A stretch of DNA of 21,206 nucleotides, from contig CAXBPH010000105.1 in the NCBI GenBank assembly GCA_963977445.1, forward strand, positions 1 through 21,206. Reading direction: 5' to 3'. This stretch comes from an uncultured bacterium. Its GTDB lineage: Bacteria; Hydrogenedentota; Hydrogenedentia; Hydrogenedentales; JAEUWI01. Each line of letters opens with the position of its first letter. Position 1 is the first letter of the stretch. The position numbers and the translations under genes were made by a program. Under the pieces are notes generated by a model that saw nothing but the letters and a program-made list of their open reading frames with translations, had not been told where the DNA came from and searched no databases. This document shows, piece after piece, positions 18,130 through 21,206 of this stretch.

Positions 18130-18882
18130 TTATTGGGCCGATTCACTCCAATCCTGCTTGGACACGTCCCAAGTCCGTGCCCAATAAATGAATGGGGTAT
18201 CCAGCGCCGCGATGATCACCTTGAAGAAATATTTGGACAGGGCCAGCTCCACCGCTGTCTCAAAATCAAAAATGCCCCACCAGACCACGGTGGAATAAAT
18301 GGTCGTATCAACCAGCTGGGAGCTCATGGTCGAGACATTGTTACGCAGCCAGAGCTTTCGCCCATGGGTCTTCTCTTTGAGTTTGTGAAAGGTCCACACA
18401 TCAAGGTGCTGGCTGATGAAATAGGCAAAGAGTGAACCGAATATGAAGCGGGGCCCAAAACCGAAGAGCAGGGAAATGGCATCGTGGACCGCCGTCGCAA
18501 ACTCCCGCTTGCCCTCATCCTGTGTGGGGAGGAAAAGCAGGCTGATCGACATGATCACAAAGACGACGATGCTGGTAACAAATCCCATCATGACCGCGCG
18601 ATGGGCTTCCCGCTTACCGTAGCGCTCACTCAATAGGTCCGTTGCGAAGTAAATACCGGAGTAGATGACCATCCCCAGGCTGGTTTGCATGCCAAAAATA
18701 GTCGTGAGCTTTGGGCCCTGCAGATTCATCAAAATTATATTGAGCACGATGACCGCGTAGAGCCCCTGTTTACCAAACATGCGAAACAGGAGCAAGGTCA
18801 TGGACAAGTCCACACAGACCGTCACCACCCAGAGCAAGTTTTGATGTTCCGCGAAAAACGCAGCAATGAATTCAGGAATCAT
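18130..18882 (-). CDS. yhhQ: Queuosine precursor transporter (YhhQ/COG1738/DUF165 family)
   Basis: Multi-pass membrane protein with ATDLLSERYGKREA, SLFAYFISQHLDVWTF, KLWLRNNVST..SQLVDT and KVIIAALDTPFIY. Confidence 0.92.
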   Translation of the reverse strand: MIPEFIAAFFAEHQNLLWVVTVCVDLSMTLLLFRMFGKQGLYAVIVLNIILMNLQGPKLTTIFGMQTSLGMVIYSGIYFATDLLSERYGKREAHRAVMMGFVTSIVVFVIMSISLLFLPTQDEGKREFATAVHDAISLLFGFGPRFIFGSLFAYFISQHLDVWTFHKLKEKTHGRKLWLRNNVSTMSSQLVDTTIYSTVVWWGIFDFETAVELALSKYFFKVIIAALDTPFIYWARTWDVSKQDWSESAQ

Positions 18883-19205
18883 GGGGTCTCCAGACAGCGC
18901 GGCCGCCGTCAGCTATAGGCGGGCATGCCGGTTTATTTCTCGACATCGAATGTTTTAATCAGTTCATTGTTCTGCCCCGGGCTTCGTAGCACCGCATATC
19001 TAAAATTCATCGCGACCACGTAAAGATCTTCATATACTGCATCTCTTCGGTTCTAAATGGGCCCATAGTCGATATCCCAATGCAACGGTGGGTAGGACCA
19101 TAGCGAAATGAGGGATGGAGCGTCAATGCGCTGGATGCGAGCGAAAATCGATGGGTGGCCTGCGGGTTGGGCCCATGGGGCAAAAAAAATTGAGGCGATA
19201 CCCGA

Positions 19206-19235
19206 TTGAACCGTATTCGGTGCCTCTGTTATAAC
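19206..19235 (+). promoter_or_regulatory. Putative promoter of the DUF1080 gene
   Basis: TTGAAC (19206-19211), 18-nt spacer, TATAAC (19230-19235) preceded by TGN (extended -10). Confidence 0.35.
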
Positions 19236-19284
19236 CCCATCGAGTAATTTAACGCCCCTTCACCCACTATTGGAGTACCTACCC

Positions 19285-20298
19285 ATGAAAACCCTGTCAA
19301 AATACGTATTGTCCACCCTCGTGGCGCTAAGCACCCTCACGGCGATGGCGCAAGATGTGTCGCCCTTTCTCGGACGTTGGGCCTTGACGATTCCCTCAGA
19401 CCGTGCGGGCTGGCTGGAAGTCCGGCAAGAGTCGGGCTATCTCGACGGCAAAATTCTCTGGGGGGGCGGCAGTGTCGTTCCCGTGGAGAGTGTCTACGTG
19501 GTGGGCGACACACTCTACGTGACGCGGGTCCGCAACGTGGAACGTAAAGATGCCGATGGCACGGTTGTGCGCACCCAGCAGTTTACGGAAACCATCACCG
19601 CAGAGAAACAAGGGGCCGACAAGCTCGTGCTGGTTCAGGAAGAAGTTAATCGCGATGGTTCGGGCGTTACCCGGTCTGAATTTACAGGTAACCGCATTCC
19701 GGCGATTCCGGCCGTCCCCGATTTGAGCGCCGTGAAATTTGGCGACCCCATCGTACTGTTTAACGGCCTGGACCTCAACGGCTGGTCCTTGACCGATCCC
19801 GGTCGGGATAACGGTTGGCGTGCCGAAAATGGCCTGCTGATTAACGTTGCTGCCCAAGAAGAAGGCAAGCCCCACAAGCATTACGGCAACCTCCGTACAG
19901 ACGCCGAATTTGAAGACTTTGAACTGTCGCTGGAAGTCCAGGTAGAAAAAAATGGCAATAGTGGCATCTACCTGCGCGGTATCTATGAAGTCCAGGTTAT
20001 GGATAGCTACGGCATGGAACGGGATCCCCATCACATGGGTGGTATCTACAGCCGCATCACACCGCTGGTGGCTGCCGAAAAGCCTGCCGGAGAATGGCAG
20101 CGCATGGACATTACCCTGGTCGACCGACACATCACGGTCTTGCTCAATGGTCAGCTGGTCGTGGACAACCAGCCCCTGGAAGGGTGTACCGGCGGGGCCC
20201 TCTGGTCCGACGAATTCCGTCCCGGTCCCATCTATCTGCAGGGCGACCACACGGGTGTAACCTACCGAAACATCGTGCTGCGCCCCGTAGTAAAGTAA
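19285..20298 (+). CDS. Exported DUF1080 (3-keto-disaccharide hydrolase-like) domain protein
   Basis: Signal peptide (AMA-Q), LFNGLDLNGW, FEDFELSLE, GNSGIYLRG.YEVQV, KPAGEWQ and GPIYLQGDH..V.YRNI. ATG 19285 follows GGAG. Confidence 0.93.
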   Translation: MKTLSKYVLSTLVALSTLTAMAQDVSPFLGRWALTIPSDRAGWLEVRQESGYLDGKILWGGGSVVPVESVYVVGDTLYVTRVRNVERKDADGTVVRTQQFTETITAEKQGADKLVLVQEEVNRDGSGVTRSEFTGNRIPAIPAVPDLSAVKFGDPIVLFNGLDLNGWSLTDPGRDNGWRAENGLLINVAAQEEGKPHKHYGNLRTDAEFEDFELSLEVQVEKNGNSGIYLRGIYEVQVMDSYGMERDPHHMGGIYSRITPLVAAEKPAGEWQRMDITLVDRHITVLLNGQLVVDNQPLEGCTGGALWSDEFRPGPIYLQGDHTGVTYRNIVLRPVVK

Positions 20299-20311
20299 TT
20301 CGACTCCAATC

Positions 20312-20346
20312 GCCCCGGCCATCGGTATATTGGCCGGGGCTTTTTT
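20312..20346 (+). terminator. Rho-independent terminator
   Basis: 10-bp stem GCCCCGGCCA (20312-20321)/TGGCCGGGGC (20331-20340) followed by TTTTTT. Confidence 0.9.
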
Positions 20347-20373
20347 GTGTTTTCTTGGGGGGGGGCAGACGCC

Positions 20374-20728
20374 GGGGACAGTTTTCGATTGGCACGGAAA
20401 CTAAACCCGTGGCGTCATGTCGAAGGTCCAATCGGTAACTGTACCCATAGACGCGATGTGTCGGAGTTTTACGGGTACAGGCACCCTCGCGCGCCGTCGC
20501 TTAGGGCGCATGCGCATCAAGCCGTCAGCGGCTCGGGAGTCTGTCCCCACCCAGGGGACAGTTTCCTATTGGCACGGAAACTCAACATGTGGCGTCGTGT
20601 CGAAGGTCCAATCGGTAACTGTACCCATAGATGCGATGTGTCGGAGTTTTACGGGTACAGGCACCCTCGCGCGCCGTCGCTGAGGGCGCATTCGCATCAA
20701 GCCGTCAGCGGCTCGGGAGTCTGTACCC
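20374..20728. repeat. Tandem 2 x 180-bp repeat, each unit made of two REP/MITE-like inverted-repeat modules
   Basis: 20374-20553 and 20554-20728 are near-identical at exactly 180-nt offset. Modules A (20374-20446, 20554-20626) and B (20473-20548, 20653-20728) each begin GGG(G/T)ACAG and end CTGT(A/C)CCC. Confidence 0.9.
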
Positions 20729-20755
20729 ATAGACGCCACAGCCCCTCTAGACGCC

Positions 20756-20810
20756 ACAAAAAAAAGCCACGCAGTGTGTACTGCGTGGCTTGGTGCTCTA
20801 ATGGCACCTC
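20756..20810. repeat. 55-bp direct repeat, copy 1 (terminator + tRNA 3' end on the - strand)
   Basis: Identical to 21152-21206; offset 396 nt. Confidence 0.97.
20758..20791 (-). terminator. Rho-independent terminator (copy 1)
   Basis: Perfect 12-bp stem AAGCCACGCAGT/ACTGCGTGGCTT with a 4-nt loop and a U8 tract on the - strand, starting 10 nt after the tRNA-like CCA. Confidence 0.9.
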
Positions 20811-20891
20811 GGACAGGACTCGAATTCGCCTCCGGCGAACCTTCGGCCTGTGATTCGCCGTAGGCGAATTAACAGCCACCCGCTACGAGGA
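20802..20891 (-). pseudogene. Degenerate tRNA-Asn(GTT)-like sequence: D-arm missing, two 15-nt palindromic insertions
   Basis: After removing 20825-20839 and 20856-20870, the - strand reads TCCTCG TAGC GGGTGG CTGTTAA TCAC AGGCC GAAGG TTCGAGT CCTGT CCGAGGT G CCA. This gives an acceptor stem, a GTT anticodon loop, a T-loop and an encoded CCA. Confidence 0.85.
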
Positions 20892-21143
20892 ATGTACATT
20901 GTTAAGAATCCACTCACGCCCTGCGCCGGTTTTGAGTTGCTTTTCCCGTTTCATGGCTTCGGAACGGGTGGCGAATTGTTCGGTGTGAATCACAACCCAA
21001 GGTCCTTTGTTTCGTTTGGTGTACAGGGTAAATCGACAATCGGGGTCGTTGTGCTGGGCGAGGCGCTTACTCAGGTCAGAGGTCTGGCCGACGTAGGTCT
21101 TGCCGGTCGTTTTCGATTGGAGGATGTACACGGTATACATCAT
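20883..21143 (-). CDS. Small stand-alone GIY-YIG nuclease family protein (UPF0213/YhbQ-like)
   Basis: YTVYIL...TYVGQT, conserved Arg in KRLAQHN, YTK...PW, conserved Glu in EAMKREKQLK. Start at ATG 21143 or 21140 after a GAGGG RBS. The ORF-track start at 21203 reads through the terminator and is unlikely. Confidence 0.93.
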   Translation of the reverse strand: MMYTVYILQSKTTGKTYVGQTSDLSKRLAQHNDPDCRFTLYTKRNKGPWVVIHTEQFATRSEAMKREKQLKTGAGREWILNNVHSS

Positions 21144-21153
21144 TGCCCTCAAC

Positions 21154-21187
21154 AAAAAAAAGCCACGCAGTGTGTACTGCGTGGCTT
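21154..21187 (-). terminator. Rho-independent terminator (copy 2), directly upstream of the GIY-YIG gene
   Basis: Same 12-bp stem and U8 tract as 20758-20791. Confidence 0.88.
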
Positions 21188-21197
21188 GGTGCTCTAA

Positions 21198-21206
21198 TGG
21201 CACCTC
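21198..21206 (-). tRNA. Extreme 3' end (GAGGTGCCA) of a probable tRNA-Asn gene or further pseudo-copy that continues beyond the window
   Basis: Identical to the 3' end of the tRNA-Asn-like copy and followed by the same terminator. Only 9 nt are visible. Confidence 0.4.

Larger units (their letters stand above)
21152..21206. repeat. 55-bp direct repeat, copy 2 (cut by the window end)
   Basis: Identical to 20756-20810. Confidence 0.97.

Noticed and set aside
18883..19100. preQ1 riboswitch upstream of the queuosine precursor transporter
   Set aside because: I could not find the preQ1-I hairpin plus A-rich tail pattern on the - strand. An Infernal search against the preQ1-I/II/III models would be decisive.
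2055..20322. Long antisense and alternative-frame ORFs (e.g. 2055-2906, 3330-4310, 4347-5141, 5874-6704, 14901-16064, 19396-20322)
   Set aside because: They are shadows of well-supported genes on the opposite strand, as expected in GC-rich DNA, and carry no domain motifs.
20374..20728. CRISPR array
   Set aside because: The sequences between the short repeated motifs are themselves duplicated rather than unique spacers, the motifs alternate in orientation, and there are no cas genes.
20347..20853. 168-aa ORF with an internal 60-aa duplication
   Set aside because: An artefact of the 180-bp (multiple of 3) DNA repeat. It starts within a terminator tail and crosses hairpin modules.
20802..20891. 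Functional tRNA-Asn gene
   Set aside because: The D-arm is absent, two loops carry insertions, and the T and anticodon stems have mismatches; called a pseudogene/tRNA-like element instead.
20756..21206. attL/attR of a prophage or integrative element
   Set aside because: Only 396 bp separate the repeats, no recombinase is present, and the repeat includes the terminator downstream of the tRNA end.

Overview
A GC-rich bacterial chromosomal window; the gene content suggests a PVC-related or Hydrogenedentota-like heterotroph, but that is inference only. Most of it is ordinary. In order: a 5'-truncated sulfatase-family gene, a Gfo/Idh/MocA oxidoreductase, aroB, a TPR protein, two hypothetical proteins, a CHASE-like/PAS hybrid histidine kinase, ppk2, a LOG-family protein, a secreted tandem alpha/beta-hydrolase, a DEAD-box helicase, a YhhQ-type queuosine precursor transporter and a DUF1080 protein. 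The unusual part is the last ~850 bp. A small stand-alone GIY-YIG nuclease gene (- strand) lies in a 396-bp unit bounded by an exact 55-bp direct repeat made of a tRNA 3' end plus a terminator. The gene's last codons run into a cryptic tRNA-Asn(GTT)-like copy that has lost its D-arm and carries two 15-nt palindromic insertions (TTCGCC-N3-GGCGAA), one at the anticodon loop and one at the T-loop. Next to it is a 2 x 180-bp tandem of REP/MITE-like hairpin modules with GGG(G/T)ACAG...CTGT(A/C)CCC ends. A second unexplained structure, three degenerate copies of a ~60-80-nt element (one inverted), lies in the 630-bp intergenic region after the sulfatase. All calls come from reading motifs by eye; no searches were run.
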